DNA of 64,000 nucleotides from Pristiophorus japonicus (taxonomy: Eukaryota): the NCBI RefSeq assembly GCF_044704955.1, contig NC_091992.1, positions 122,946,001 to 123,010,000 on the forward strand, in the 5' to 3' direction. The translations under genes and the position numbers were made by a program. Position 1 is the stretch's first letter. The number at the start of each line of letters is the position of its first letter. The notes below the pieces were generated by a model that worked only from the letters and a program-made list of their open reading frames with translations, searched no databases and was not told the origin of the DNA. Positions 1-12,949 of the stretch are shown here, in pieces.

Positions 1-1586
1 AACTTAATACAATCACTATCACTAAAGAAGTAGTACTCGGTAAAATAATGGGATTAAAGGCGTTAAAGCCCCCTAGACCTGATGGCTTGCATCCTATGGT
101 CTTAAATGAAGTGGCTGCAGAGATAGTGGATGCATTGGTTGTAATCTACCAAAATTCCCTGGATTCTGGGGAGGTCCCAGCGGATTGGAAAACTGCAAAT
201 ATAACGCCCTATTTAGCCTAATATCTATCGTTGGGAAAATGCTGGAGTCCATTATTAAGGAAGCAGTAGCAGGACATTTGGAAAAGCATGATTCAATCAA
301 GCAGAGTCAACATGGTTTTATGAAAGGGAAATCATGTTTGACAAATTTGCTAGAATTCTTTGAGAATGTAACAAGCAGGGTAGATAAGGGGGAACCAGTG
401 GATGTGGTGTATTTGGATTTCCAGAAGGCATTCGATAAGGTGCCACATAAAAGGTTACTGCACAAGATAAAAGTTCACAGGGTTGGGGGTAATATATTAG
501 CATGGATAAAGGATTGGCTAACTAACAGAAAACAGAGAGTCAGGATAAATGGGTCATTTCACGGTTGGCAGACAGTAACTAGTGGGGTGCCGCAGGGATC
601 GGTGCTGGGGTTTCAACTATTTACAATCTATATTAATGACTTGGATAAAGGGACCGAGTGTAATGTAGTCAAGTTTGCTGATGATACAAAGATGGGTGGG
701 AAAGCAAATTGTGAGGAGAACACAAGAAATCTGCAAAGGGATATAGACAGGCTAAGTGAGTGGGCAAAAAATTGGCAAAAAGCATATAATGTAGGAAAAT
801 GTGAGGTTATTCACTTTGGCAGCAAAAGTAGAAAAGCAAATTATAATTTAACTGGAGAAAAATTGCAAAATGCTGCAGTACAGAGGGAGGTGGGGATCCT
901 TGTGCATGAAACACAAAAAGTTAGTATGCAGGTACAGCAAGTAATCAGGAAAACAAATGGAATGTTGGCCTTTATTGCAAGGGGGATGGAGTATAAAAGC
1001 AGAGAAGTCCTGCTACAACTGTACAGGGTATTGGTGAGGCCTCACCTGGAGTACTGCGTACAGTTTTGGTCTCCGTATTTCAGGAAGGATATACATGCAT
1101 TGGAGACTGTTCAGAGAAGGTTCACTCGGTTGATTCCGGAGATGAGGGGGGTTGACTTATGAAGAAAGGTTGAGTAGATTGGGTCTATACTCATTGGAGT
1201 GCAGAAGAATGAGAGGTGATCTTATAGAAACATATAAGATAATAAGGGGGCTCAACAAGGTGGATGCAAGAGGATATTTCCACTCATAGAGGAAACTAAA
1301 ACTAAGGGGCATAGTCTCAGAATAAGGGGCCGCTCATTTAAAACTGAACAGAGGAGGAATTTCTTCTGAGGGTTGTAAATCTCTGGAATTCTCTGCCCCA
1401 GAGAACTGTGGAGGCTGGGTGATTGAATATATTTAAGGTGGAGATAGACAGATTTTTGAGCGATAAGGGAATAAAAGGTTATGGGGAGCTGAGTCTATGA
1501 TGAGATCAGCCATGATCTTAGTGAATGACGGAGCAGGCTCGAGGGGCCAAATGGCCTACTCCTGCTCCTATTTCTTATGTTCTTAT
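1..1586 (+). mobile_element. CR1-clade LINE, subfamily A (TTCTTATG tail), cut by the window start
   Basis: ORF 185-1162 with RT motifs [23 protein letters not shown]; frameshift near 1150; 3' UTR ends tttcttatgttcttat. Confidence 0.92.
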
Positions 1587-1830
1587 TTGGCTAAAAGCCC
1601 AATTTTGCGAACCTGCATTTGAATTCAGCAACTTATTTGCATTGTGTATATGAGCATAGTGCACACAATGAGTTATCATTTCTGAATTCCCACGACTGCA
1701 TATATCTATCAATATTATCACCACTATATGTGAGGATCATTCATATAATCTAAATCTTAACCAACTAGGGATGAGCTGAACATAATTTTTCAGGGGGCAT
1801 AGAGTTGTTTTTCTGATCTCTGTCATAAGC

Positions 1831-1900
1831 TCATCATCATCATAGGCAGTCCCTCGGAATCGAGGAAGACTTGCTTCCACTCTTAAAGTGACATTGGTGA
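1831..1900 (-). mobile_element. RTE-clade LINE 3' end fragment
   Basis: catcatcatcataggcagtccctcggaatcgaggaagacttgcttccac is a reverse-strand (TGA)n tail. The same sequence recurs at 4033, 13327 and 39682. Confidence 0.7.
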
Positions 1901-2699
1901 CTGTCTTCTTAACACTCGTCTATATTATTTCTTGTACTGTAGCTACAAATGATTGGTTCACAGACTGAATAATCCAAAGATAATTCTTCAGGTCCCTTTA
2001 TTCCTACGCTGTACTTTGAGGGATTTATGTTCAGTGGCTGGTTTTGTTTCTGTTCTTCTGTGTTTTTTGTTGTTTCTTTCTGGACCCTAGTTCTGCCAAA
2101 TGTGTATCATTTGTGTTCAATAAATTAGGCTTTGATTCTGAAAGTACCAAATGATTTATCTTGTAGGTGTTTCTCATTCCTCCACTCCTGCTCCAGTGAA
2201 TACAGTCTGTTATTTCTGTGGTTGATTTGGTGTAAAGAGAGGACCAAAATGAACACCGAGTGGATAATTAGAAAGGAAATGGCTTGAAAGATGACTATCT
2301 AACCATGGGGCGCCTGAGTAACTCAGCATGGCTTCTTTTGTGCTTATAAGACATCTATGAACCAGCTCACTGTTTCTCAGTGAGTGAAAGCCACATGAAC
2401 AAAGGTTACTGGACAGTCAGACATTACCAGTCCTTGTGGAATCTTTGTGGTGGTGTTTTGTCGATGACTGATACCTGACTCTTGTCTTTTAAGCAGAGTT
2501 AACCTCAACATTCCACATCGACTTGATGTGTGCCAGTGACCTTTTGACCATTTTTTCCCAGGTAACCAGTTCCTTGTTCCATTAATGTCTGTTACTGATA
2601 AATACACTGCAAATAGTATTTGACCGTAAATTAAGCGGCTTGTTTTACTGTTCGTTAGTAAATCCAGCGGAAGACTTTTTTTTGACAGGTTTGAGTTTT

Positions 2700-4030
2700 G
2701 AACAACAACTTGCATTTATATAGCTCCTTTAACATAGTAAGGCAGGCAGTGACTAGTGGAGTGCCGCGGTGCTCAGTGCTGGGACCCCAGCTCTTTACAA
2801 TAAACATCAATGATTTGGATGAAGGAATTGAGTGTAATATCTCCAAGTTTGCAGATGACACTAAGCTGGGTGGCGGTGTGAGCTGTGAGGAGGACGCTAA
2901 GAGGCTGCAGGATGACTTGGACAGGTTAGGTGAATGGGCAAATGCATGGCAGATGCAGTATAATGTGAGGCTATCCACTTTGGGGGCAAAAACACAAAGA
3001 CAGAATATTATCTGAATGGTGGCAGATTAGGAAAAGGGAGGTGCAACGAAACCTGGGTGTCATGGTACATCAGTCATTGAAAGTTGACATACAGGTACAG
3101 CAGGCGGTAAAGAAGGCAAATGGTATGTTGGCCTTCATAGCTAGGAGATTTGAGTATAGGAGCAGGGAGTTCTTACTGCAGTTGTACAGGGCCTTGGTGA
3201 GGCCTCACCTGGAATATTGTGTTCAGTTTTGGTCTCCTAATCTGAGGAAAGATGTTCTTGCTATTGAGGGAGTGCAGCGAAGGTTCACCAGACTGATTCC
3301 CGGGATGGCTGGACTGACGTATGAGGAGAGACTGGATCAACTGGGCCTTTATACATTGGAGTTTAGAAGAATGAGAAGAGATCTCATAGAAACATACAAG
3401 ATTCTGACAGGATGGGACAGGTTAGATGCGGGTAGATTGTTCCCGATGTTGGGGAAGTCCAGAACCAGGGGACACAGTCTTAGGATAAGGGGTAGGCCAT
3501 TTAGGACTGAGATGAGGAGAAACTTCTTCACTCAGAGAGTTGTTAACCTGTGGAATTCCCTGCCACAGAGAGTTGTTGATGCCAGTTCATTGGATATATT
3601 CAAGAGGGAGTTAGATATGGCCCTTACGGCTAAAGGGATCAAGGGGTATGGAGAGAAAGCAGGAAAGGGGTACTGAGGGAATGATCAGCCATGATCTTAT
3701 TGAATGGTGGTGCAGGCTCGAAGGGCCGAATGGCCTACTCCTGCACCTATTTTCTATGTTTCTATGTTAAAACATCCCAAGGTGCTTCACAGAAGCGTTG
3801 CAAAACAAAATTTGACATCAAGCCACATAAGGAGAAATTCGGGCAGATGACCAAAAGCTTGGTTAAAGGGGGAAAGAGAAGTAGAGAGGTTTAGGGAGGG
3901 AATTATAGAGCTTGGGGCTTTGGCAACTGAAGGCGCGGCCACCAGTGGTTGAGCAATTTATAATCAGGGGTGCTCAAGAGACCAGAGTTAGAGGAGCGCA
4001 GACATCTCGGGGGTTGTGGGGCCGGAGGTG
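2700..4030 (-). mobile_element. L2-clade LINE 3' fragment split by a CR1 insertion
   Basis: 2700-2740 and 3768-4030 join to match the L2 3' end at 55698-56030. Confidence 0.7.
2741..3767 (+). mobile_element. 5'-truncated CR1 LINE, subfamily B (TTTCTATG tail)
   Basis: RT C-terminal ORFs 2698-3015 and 3041-3676; tail tttctatgtttctatgt. Confidence 0.92.
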
Positions 4031-4032
4031 AT

Positions 4033-4240
4033 GCATCATCATCATCGGCAGTCCCTCGAAATCGAGGAAGACTTGCTTCCATTCTAAAAGTGACTTCTCA
4101 GGTGACTGAACAGTCCAATCCGGGAATGATAGTCTCTGTCACAGGTGGGACAGACAGTGGTAGAAAGAAAGGGTGGGTGGGGAGTCTGGTTTGCCACACG
4201 CTCCTTCCGCTACCTGCGCTTAGTTTCTGCATGCTCTCAG
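4033..4240 (-). mobile_element. RTE LINE 3' fragment
   Basis: (cat)n tail plus similarity to 44531-44680. Confidence 0.7.
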
Positions 4241-4534
4241 CAGATAGGGAAGGGCGAGGCTCTCTCATCATTTTTTTTAAAAGAAAGAATTTCTTAAATT
4301 TTCTAATAGCAGGAATATATTTGAATTAATTTTCTTCGCTAAGATTGGTTTTGTAAAGGATTATAACAGTAGCTAAAGCTGGATTGCCACAACTAGTCAG
4401 CCAACACCTCAAAGAGGTTAGTGTTTTGAGTTCTCAGACTGGCCTACTGTCCATTTCTAGCACTTTCTCTGTTTATATTTCAGACTTTCAACATTGGCGG
4501 CTGTTCTGTAAAATATTTTAGACAAGTGTGGACC

Positions 4535-4845
4535 CAAGCCATACCACCCTCTGAGATCTCTGCCCTCCTCTAATTCTGGCCTCTTGCACATCTCCTGTTT
4601 TAATCGCTCCACCATTGGTGGCTGTGCTTTCAATTGCCTCGGCCCTTAACTCTGGAATTCCTTCCCTAAACCTCTCCACCTCTCCACCCCTCTCTCCTCC
4701 TTTAAGACGCTCCCTAAAACCTACCTTTTTGACCAAGCTTTTGGTTATCTGTCCTAATATCTCCTTACGTGGCTCGGTGTCAAATTTTGTTTGATAATGC
4801 TCTTGTGAAGCGTCTTGGAACTTTTTACAACAAGTTGTTGTGTTT
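4535..4845 (+). mobile_element. L2 LINE 3' fragment
   Basis: Reverse-complement similarity to 55698-56010; ends in ttgttgtgtt. Confidence 0.7.
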
Positions 4846-5314
4846 GAGTCACTCAACAGGCCTGTATCCTGGCGTGGTCTGTATTAAGACAAAGAATTTT
4901 CTGGCACGTTTCTGGCACTTAGGGAGCAGCAGACTTCAAAAACATGTTACAATTCTGTAATTTGGACAATTTTATTTCCTTACATTAGTAATTGTCCCCC
5001 TCAGCTGCTGGTTTTGCAATGAATATGTGAAGTGAGTGGACACTTTGACAGAGGAGGAGCCACATTCTGATTCTGTTTTGCAATGTAGTATCTTGCAAAT
5101 CCTCAACATTCTTGCAAAATTACTGTACGGCAAACCCTTGAAGTTTACGCAACATGTTGTCTCCAGCAAAGCGTGATTTAAAGTAAGATGATTACAGTTT
5201 TTTTTCCCAGCTCAATGGGCTCTGGACAACAGACAGGGCCACTCAAGGATGCTGTGTTACACATGTCACTGGAGCAGGTTAAGGGACTTGAAATACAGTT
5301 TCTCTAAGGTGGTA

Positions 5315-5640
5315 ACATAAGAACATAAGAAATAGGAGCAGGAGTAGACCATTTGGCCCCTCGAGCCTGCTCTGCTATTTAATAAGATTATGACTGATTT
5401 GATCATGGACTCAGCTCCACTTCCCTGCCCGCTCCCCATAACTCTTTATTCTCACTCTAACTCACTTATCGCTCAAACATCTGTCTATCTCCTATCTGTC
5501 TATTGAGGACATTGAAGATTTGCAAGATAACTACAGGTGTACTGAGGTGAATGATCAGCTATGATATTGAATGGTGGTGCAGGCTCGAAGGGCCGAATTA
5601 CTTACTCCTGCACCTATTTTTCGATGTTTTCTATGTTTTC
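5315..5640. mobile_element. Two short CR1 3' UTR fragments (5315-5500 minus, 5538-5640 plus)
   Basis: cataagaacataagaaataggagcagg and gaatggtggtgcaggctcgaagggccgaa...tttctatg. Confidence 0.75.
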
Positions 5641-5844
5641 CTAATAGGCAGAGGATATTGTGAGTTTTGTAACAGACACAGACATCGTCCAGGGCCTTCA
5701 TCATCCTGTAGCACAGTGAGGCAGGCGCCGTTGTAACCTGGATAAACAGCCAGGGCCACCATCCCCTTCACACTGCCCATCACGGAATGGCACATAGGTC
5801 TGTCCCTGTACCCCAAGGTACTTGGGAAATGTAGCCAGGGCTGC

Positions 5845-5925
5845 AGGTCAAACACACACAGCAGGTCAGGCAGCATCTGTGGAGAGTGGAAGATAGGGTT
5901 CAGTTCGATGACCTTATGTCAGCAC
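5845..5925 (-). mobile_element. Penelope-like terminal repeat fragment
   Basis: Reverse-complement similarity to 10150-10220 (ctctccacagatgctgcctgacctgctg). Confidence 0.55.
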
Positions 5926-6001
5926 CCGTACACAATGGCAACCAGTCTTCACACAAAATGGCGGCCCTGCTGCAGAATGTTACCCAACTTTTCATCTAAA
6001 A

Positions 6002-6023
6002 ATATATATATATATATATATAT
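6002..6023. repeat. (TA)n microsatellite
   Basis: atatatatatatatatatatat. Confidence 0.9.
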
Positions 6024-6666
6024 GTAATTTTTTTTTCAGTCGTGGTATCGCAATTTCTGTTGTTTCTCCCGTCAACGGTGCCCAAGTCAAGCACCTGTTC
6101 TTCAACATTGAAGAAAACCCCATCTTCTTGCTATAGATATAAACTGACCCATTTGGCTTATGCAATACGCCAGCCCATACCACACCACAGTAAACTGTTT
6201 AAACAGCCCGTATTATTTTGAAACAATAAAGAACATCTGCTCAGCAGTACTTTGTGTGAAGTACATGCAGAGAATGCCACATAGTGTTATTCATCCTGTC
6301 CTTCTGGTAGAGTGACTCATTAAGGGGCCAAAGGCATGGTCTGCCAGGAAGGAGAGATCCTGTTTCGCTTCATCTGTGGGAAAGAGATATGAACTGTCCT
6401 TCCCAGCAAGTATTACACACTTGTGCAAACTTGCTGGAAGTGCAATGAGTAAAACAGCAAATATTGTCACTTGTGAAATGAATGTTCCAGGAGTGGTTCC
6501 TCCAGCGTCCTGGTATATTCGCCACCTGTAGAAAGCATCCTGCACCTGCCCATCAATCCACTAAGAGCAGTGCCAAGTTTGGCGGCGCTTGGATCTGAGG
6601 CTTAGCAAAGAAATACCACAGTTTCACAGCCTAAATTTAAAGTGCCATTCTCTTTGGCTTGCAGTA

Positions 6667-7177
6667 CAGGTACAGGAATCCGGAACCCTCGGGACCAAGG
6701 CCGTTCTGGATTTTGCGTTTTGCCAGATTTTGGAACGCCTTTCTGACATCACGATTCCGGAAACACCTGAGCCCAGGTTCGGGTATTTCTGGATTTCAGA
6801 ACGACAGCAGGGGAGTGTTCGCCGGGCGAGGAGGTGTTCGGGCAGGGCCCCGCCACCGGAGAAGTGCTCGGGCAAGCCTCGTCGCCGAGGAGGTGGTTGG
6901 GGGTCCCCATCGCTGAGGTAGTGGTCGGGGAGGGGGGGGGCCCTCATCACAGAGGAGGTGTTCAGGCGGGCCGGCGAGGAGGCCTCGAGGTAAGGACAAT
7001 GGCGGCGAGGCCCAAGGTTGGGCGGCAGCAAGGCGAGGCCCGAGGTCGGGCAGCAGCGGGATCTCGAGGTCGACGGGTCCGGATTTCGGAACATTTTACG
7101 GATTCCGGACGACCCTGCCACCAATCGGTCCGGATTCCAGAACATTCCGGAACTTCGGATTTTGGACGCTCAACCTG
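6667..7177 (-). mobile_element. GC-rich Tigger/pogo-type MITE
   Basis: TA-CAGG...CGCTCAACCTG-TA. Both ends resemble the ends of the 52055-54940 element in reverse orientation. Confidence 0.75.
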
Positions 7178-7409
7178 TACAACATCTCAAAACAAAAGAT
7201 AAATCACACCTGCGAAGGGATTGCCAACTCTCGGATGTTTTCCTCGCGTTTTGATCATATCCATCTAATCATGTGATGCCCGATCACATGACCCTTGTCT
7301 GCCCTTTGGACAAAATACCAGCGGTACAAGGGAGCCTAAAAATAAGTCAAGGGGAGGCACTCAGTGGATTTAATACACATGTAAAAACATGGGCCAAGTG
7401 CCACCCAAC

Positions 7410-7995
7410 AGACCGCTGAGATCCTGAGGGTACTTTGGGCAGAACTTTCATGAAAAAGTTCTGGAAAGACCGCCCGGAGGCAAAAAAAGGACTTACGCCA
7501 TGAATCTGGGCGGCAGCGGTCAGGAGATCCCAATCTCGGCGGCAAATGCAATCCTTGGCAAAGTGCCGCCGAGGAGTGAGTCAGGCTCAGGGACGAGGGG
7601 GGAAATGATAAAAAATAAAAATTTACAACAAATGTTTTTTTTTTAAAAACACTGGAAACCTTCAGGGGACCCCATCTACCTGAAGCGCTGGGAAAAAAAA
7701 TAAAGAAAAGAAGTTTACTAACCTTTTTTTGCAGGTCTTCATACTTACCATTGAGGTTAGACCTGCCTCCACGTGGCAGTCCTTACGCCTGTTGCCGCTG
7801 ACTCCCGCCCAGAGCAAACTGGCAGCTCGGCGGGCGGGCGGACACTTACGCGCGTTGCGTGCCAGCGGACGGTTCCCAGCGATCTTCCCTCCCTGCCGGC
7901 GGGAAGCCTCCACCAAACTCGCTCGGAGGTGAAACCGCCCAGAAAACTCAGCGGCAGCCCACCAAGTTCGGCCCCATGGTCATGGAGAAACTAAC
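7410..7995. mobile_element. GC/CpG-rich non-autonomous repeat, probably a DNA-transposon remnant
   Basis: CpG-rich block with A/T runs, organised like 18630-19248; no clear TIRs; boundaries approximate. Confidence 0.35.
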
Positions 7996-8269
7996 GGGAT
8001 TAAGATAGACCGACTTCCAGGACCTGATGGTTTCCCTGCCCAGGGGTATAAACATAAATAGGTGAAGACATTGCAGATGTGTTGGTCAGCATTTTCCAAA
8101 GCTCTCTAGATTCCGGAATTGTGCCCTTCGATTGGGAAAATAGTAAATGTTACTCCATCATTTGAAGAAGGGCAGATTGGAGACAGCAGGTAACTACACA
8201 CCTGTCAGTTTAACATCAGTTGTGGGAAAGTTACTGGAATCTATCAGCAGACACAGAGTCACTGAGGAG

Positions 8270-8610
8270 GTCGTCATAGGCGGTCCCTCGAACGAGGATG
8301 ACTTGCTTCCACGAGAGTTCACAGATGTTTCAATGAGGGACCCGATGTTCCCATCCTTAACTCCAATTGAGAGGGTGGAAGATGCCTGCGCGTGGATTTT
8401 TTTAACGTGTGGTGACCGTTGCACACGTGCCAGCACACCGGGTCGACAGAGCTAAGCCTTCATCCAGTGGCAAGGGTTGAACCAGGACGACTGGAGATCT
8501 GCTTTGCTGCACGGACCTAGTGCTCACACCCATCGCAGTGTGGGCTGCCCCTGGGGCCTTGGCTCTTCTGGACCCCGTACCCTGATTCACCGCACCCCCG
8601 CCACGATCTC
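8270..8610 (-). mobile_element. RTE-related 3' fragment inserted in an old CR1 remnant (7995-8265 and 8613-8657)
   Basis: gtcgtcataggcggtccctcgaacgaggatgacttgcttccac is a diverged version of the RTE tail; CR1-like sequence on both sides. Confidence 0.55.
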
Positions 8611-8657
8611 TCGTGGAGATCACTAGCATGGTGGATAGGGAAATATCTGGATGTTGC

Positions 8658-10089
8658 CTTTAAAAAAGGAGGGAGAGAGAAAACGGAATTATAGATCGGT
8701 TAGCCTGACATCAGTAGTGGGGAAAATGTTGGAATCAAGTTATTAAAGATATAATAGCAGTGCATTTGGAAAGCAGTGACAGGATCGGTCCAAGTCAGCA
8801 TGGGATTTATGAAAGGGAAATCATGCTTGACAAATCTTCTAGAATTTTGTGAGGATGTAACTAGTAGAGTGGACAAGGGAGAACCAGTGGATGTGGTGTA
8901 TTTGGACTTTCAAAAGGCTTTTGACAAGGTCTCACACAAGAGATTAGTGTGCAAAATTAAAGCACATGGTATTGGGGGTAATGTATTGATGTCGATCGAG
9001 AACTGGTTGGCAGACAGGAAGCAAAGAGTAGGAATAAACGGGCCCTTTTCAGAATGGCAGGCAGTAACTAGTGGGGTACCGCAAGGTTCAGTGCTGGGAC
9101 CCCAGCTCTTTACAATATACATTAATGATTTAGACGAAGGAATTGAATGTAATATCTCCAAGTTTGCAGATGACACTAAACTGGGTGGCAATGTGAGCTG
9201 TGAGGAGGATGCTAACAGGCTGCAGGGTGACTTGGACAGGTTAGGTGAGTGGGCAAATGCATGGCAGATGCAGTATAATGTAGATAAATGTGAGGTTATC
9301 CACTTTGGGGGCAAAAACACGAAGACAGAATATTATCTGAATGGTGACAGATTAGGAAAAGAGGAAGTGCAACGAGACCTGGGTGTCATGGTACATCAGT
9401 CATTGAAAGTTGGCATGCAGGTACAGCAGGCGGTGAAAAAGGAAAATGGCATGTTGGCCTTCATAGCGAGAGGATTTGAGTATAGGAGCAGGGAGGTCTT
9501 ACTGCAGTTCTACAGAGCCTTGGTGAGGGCACACCTTGAATATTGAGTACAGTTTTGGCCTCCTAATCTGAGGAAGGGCATTCTTGCTATTGAGGGAGTG
9601 CAGCAAAGGTTCACCAGACTGATTCCCGGGATGGCAGGACTGACATATCAAGAAAGACTGGATCGACTAGGCTTATATTCAATGGAATTTAGAAGAATGA
9701 GAGGGGATCTCATAGAAACATAAAATTCTGACAGGATTGGACAGGTTAGATGCAGGAAGAATGTTCCCGATGTTGGGGAAGTCCAGAACCAGGAGTCACA
9801 GTCCAAGGATAAGGGGTAAGCCATTTAGGACCGAGATGAGGAGAAACTTCTTCACTCAGAGAATTGTGAACCTGTGGAATTCTCTACCACAGAAAGTTGT
9901 TGAGTGCCAGTTTGTTAGATATATTCAAAAGGGAATTAAGTAGCCCTTACGGTTAAAGGGATCAAGGGGTATGGAGAGAAAGCAGGAATGGGGTACTGAG
10001 GGAATGATCAGCCATGATCTTATTGAATGGTGGTGCAGGCTCAAAGGGCCGAATGGCCTACTCCTGCACCTATTTTCTATGTTTCTATG
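8658..10089 (+). mobile_element. 5'-truncated CR1 LINE, subfamily B
   Basis: RT ORF 8776-9546 ending in a premature TGA, ORF 9737-9943, tail tttctatgtttctatg. Confidence 0.92.
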
Positions 10090-10149
10090 TGCACTTTTGG
10101 AAGGCATTTTATAAGGTTGCCCAAAGAGATTATTATTAAATCAGAACAT

Positions 10150-10268
10150 TTTTGATGAAAGGTCATCGACCTGAAACGTTAACTGTTTCTCTCCACAGGT
10201 GCTGCCTGACCTGCTGAGTATTTTCTGTTTTAATTTCAGATTTCCAGCACCCGCAGTATTTTGCTTTT
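10150..10268 (+). mobile_element. Penelope-like terminal repeat with degenerate minimal hammerhead ribozyme
   Basis: TTGATGA-A-AGGTC/atc/GACCT-GAAAC-GTT-AACT at 10152-10184, followed by the ctctccacag.tgctgcctgacctgctgag repeat. Confidence 0.65.
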
Positions 10269-11125
10269 GACCATTAAATCTGTCATCGACTGCCCTTCTG
10301 CAAGAGCTGTGATAGCTACATGTGCTTTAACATTAGATTGGGTGGCCTTTCTATTCTGGCAGTTATAAGAAAGGCAGGACCATAAAGAGAAAAGTTTGAG
10401 TGAATGGAATATGAATAATGTTATTCGCAGCAACAAGATTTTTAAGGAGTGCTCTCAAAGTTTCTCACTGCTGTCCTAAATATACCGCGCTTAACGCATG
10501 TCTGCCCTCTAGATTAAAGCAATCATAACTGGCTCTCGAGTCTATAATGTATGTAGAAGTCAGTTCTGCACGTGCCACCGACCTAGAACAGCTGTAGTAC
10601 ACTTTAAAATGCTCCGGCAATGAGTAAGACAATACACGTCATTGGTTAACATTTGTCGGTGCGTAAATACTGTGCCTGCCCTGAGGCCAAGGGGGTGGCT
10701 CACTTATTCCTGATGTTCAAAGAGAGAAGGATTGAGCAATTTGGTAAATGGTAGACTAACTGTTGTACTGTAACACCTTGAGTGTGGAAACTCAACAATT
10801 TTAATTTTCCAGGACGTTTTCCGTGGTTCATCGAAAGGCGATAGAAGCAATCGAGGGGTCATAACCAGAGTCAAACCGATCCTGTTGTAAAAATAGAAAA
10901 TGCTGGAAAAGTTCAGCAGGTTAGCCTGTATTTTCAGAAAGAATGGCTGAGCTAATGTTCTGGGTTGTGATGTGGACCCTTTGTCAAAACTCAACGATTT
11001 TCAGTGTTCCTCTAACCAGTGCTCTTGCTGCTTGATGAAGCATACCCTCGCCACCACGCACCACCACATACATACTCGCTACCTCAGCAACTGACTCACA
11101 CAGGACCCATCCTCCGCTTCATCCC

Positions 11126-11877
11126 TGTAGGGTTTACTGCACCTATAAGAACACTGAGATTTTCCAATACAATGGACTCTATTTAAAAAGATTAAAAATA
11201 CTAAAAAGTTCCTAGTTCAACACTACAGAGTAGAGGTTCAAAAGTATCAAACAAAACTACAAATTCTCGAGCTTAATGATTTTTAAATTCAAACTTTGCA
11301 ATATGTATGTCCCAAGTTAACCAGTTACAAATAATTAAAAACAAATTGAAACTTTGCAATATATAAGCACCTAAGACAACTGGTAATGCACAATCTCTCA
11401 CACAATATTTATGCCCCAACTGGCTTATGTATAATTCCTCGAGTGATCAATTCGACTGGAATTGCAACTTCCGAATCTTTAGCTAGCCGGCCGGCTTACA
11501 ACAACTCCCTTCAATTTCTTCGGCTCCAGAGAAAGAATCTTCCTTTGTCTTCATCTTTATGCTCCACATAAATTGGCCCCCTCATGATAGCCTGGTGTCC
11601 CGTTCTGTTTGGCCAGAGATAAATTATCCCTTTAGTTGATTGGCCAATTCTGATGGCCTTCAATATGCCTCTTCCTGTTTGAATTCCAAACTGCTTGTCC
11701 CATCCCCCGAGGTTTCCTTCACCCAATTTAAATATATTTTTTTTTCGACTCCCAAAGGCATTCATCCCCCGAAACCACCACCTCAAGAAATTCCGAGCTT
11801 GATATAATTTTGAGCTTTTCTTCTGTCGCCTTTGCCTCCGTGCCTAATTCTTCGGATGGGAGGTTTCCTATTGTACA
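11126..11877 (-). mobile_element. Possible solo LTR inserted in the Penelope-like element
   Basis: TGTA...TACA ends, flanks tccc/tcca, interrupts PLE-like sequence, no coding signal. Orientation uncertain. Confidence 0.35.
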
Positions 11878-12148
11878 TCCAACCCTTTCTTCTATCTTTA
11901 GCAGCCCCCTCTTCCTCTCATCCTCCCCCCCCCCCCCATCCAATTTCACCTGGACCCCTCACTCTGGCCCAGTACACTTTCTTGATCTTTTTATCAAGAA
12001 CTGCTAGCGGGATATTGGTTGTGCCGTCTTCTCTATTCTCCTCTCTTGCTTTAATCTATCTCCTGCTGAAGGGAGCGCCCCATTCCCTGGAGTTCAAACC
12101 CTACACTTCTTCCTCAAACAGTGGCTCAACCAGTCCCCATTCACCACC

Positions 12149-12286
12149 ACCCTTACCGCAACCCTTACGCAACCCTTACCGCAACCCTTACCGTAACCCC
12201 TACCGTAACCCCTTGCCTTAACCCCTTGCCTTTACCCTTACCTTTACCCTTACCTTCACCCTTACCTTCACCCTAACCCTTACCCT
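12149..12286. repeat. Telomere-like minisatellite, about 12-bp units built on ACCCTT
   Basis: acccttaccgca / acccctaccgta / acccttaccttc arrays; one canonical CCCTAA at 12271. Confidence 0.85.
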
Positions 12287-12949
12287 CCTCTGGCTGGCTG
12301 AACATGTCCTCACACTAAACAGCTTTTCCTTTAACTCTATTCCTGTTTTCTAGATAAAAGCTGTCACCTTGGGAATCTCTGTGGGTCCAATGCCTGCCTT
12401 TTTGTATTGATCACTCTTTGTTCCAATCCTACTCCCTGACCTCTTTTCCCATGACAGTGATGAATTTGTTGGTGCTGCTTCCTGCCTTGATCTGGAGGAT
12501 TCCATTAATTTTGCTTCAAGGTTCCACCTCTTCCTTACCTTTGCATAGTCTATCTCTCATTCTTCCCTTCCCTTACTGAATTTATCTCTCTCTCTCTCTA
12601 TAGGGATGGGCTAAATACAAAAAAAAATTTTGACAAAGGGTCCACACACAAAGCATTACCTGCTCTCTCCACAGATGCTGCCTGGCCTGCGGAGTGTTTC
12701 CAGCATTTTCCGAGTTTCAGATTTGCAGCATCCGCAGTTTCTCATTCTTCAGTCCTGTTGTGGGCCAACATGCATTTCTAGTAGAGCTTACTGGGTAGCA
12801 ATCGGGACTGGGAATCCGAGCTGATTTTACTTATCCTTCCTAACCTGAGGATCCTAAAGCTAATTGTGGCCAGTGATCAGCAAAGATGTCCCTGTCTGTA
12901 CAGATCAGTATGATATCAATAACAACTATGCAAGGCATTTAAAGCTGGT

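Larger units (their letters stand above)
10885..12745 (+). mobile_element. Decayed Penelope-like retroelement with inverted 5' terminal repeat
   Basis: Degenerate PLE RT peptides TWTPHSG..FLDLFIKNC (11940-12007), LLWLAEHVLTLNSFSFNS..IKAVTLG..VGP (12285-12390) and SINFASRFH..LTF (12500-12545). Exact 19-bp inverted match between 10971-10989 and 12628-12646. Confidence 0.7.

Noticed and set aside
5954-5966. YY1 consensus CAAAATGGCGGCC as THA1 promoter or start codon
   Set aside because: The frame stops after 13 codons, with no donor, no CpG island and no DLRSDT motif.
6589-7254. Cluster of overlapping ORFs up to 173 aa
   Set aside because: Stop-poor GC-rich MITE interior with no recognisable domain.
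7741-7750. ATACTTACC as the 5' end of U1 snRNA
   Set aside because: No further U1 similarity; it is a reverse-strand donor-like motif in a repeat.
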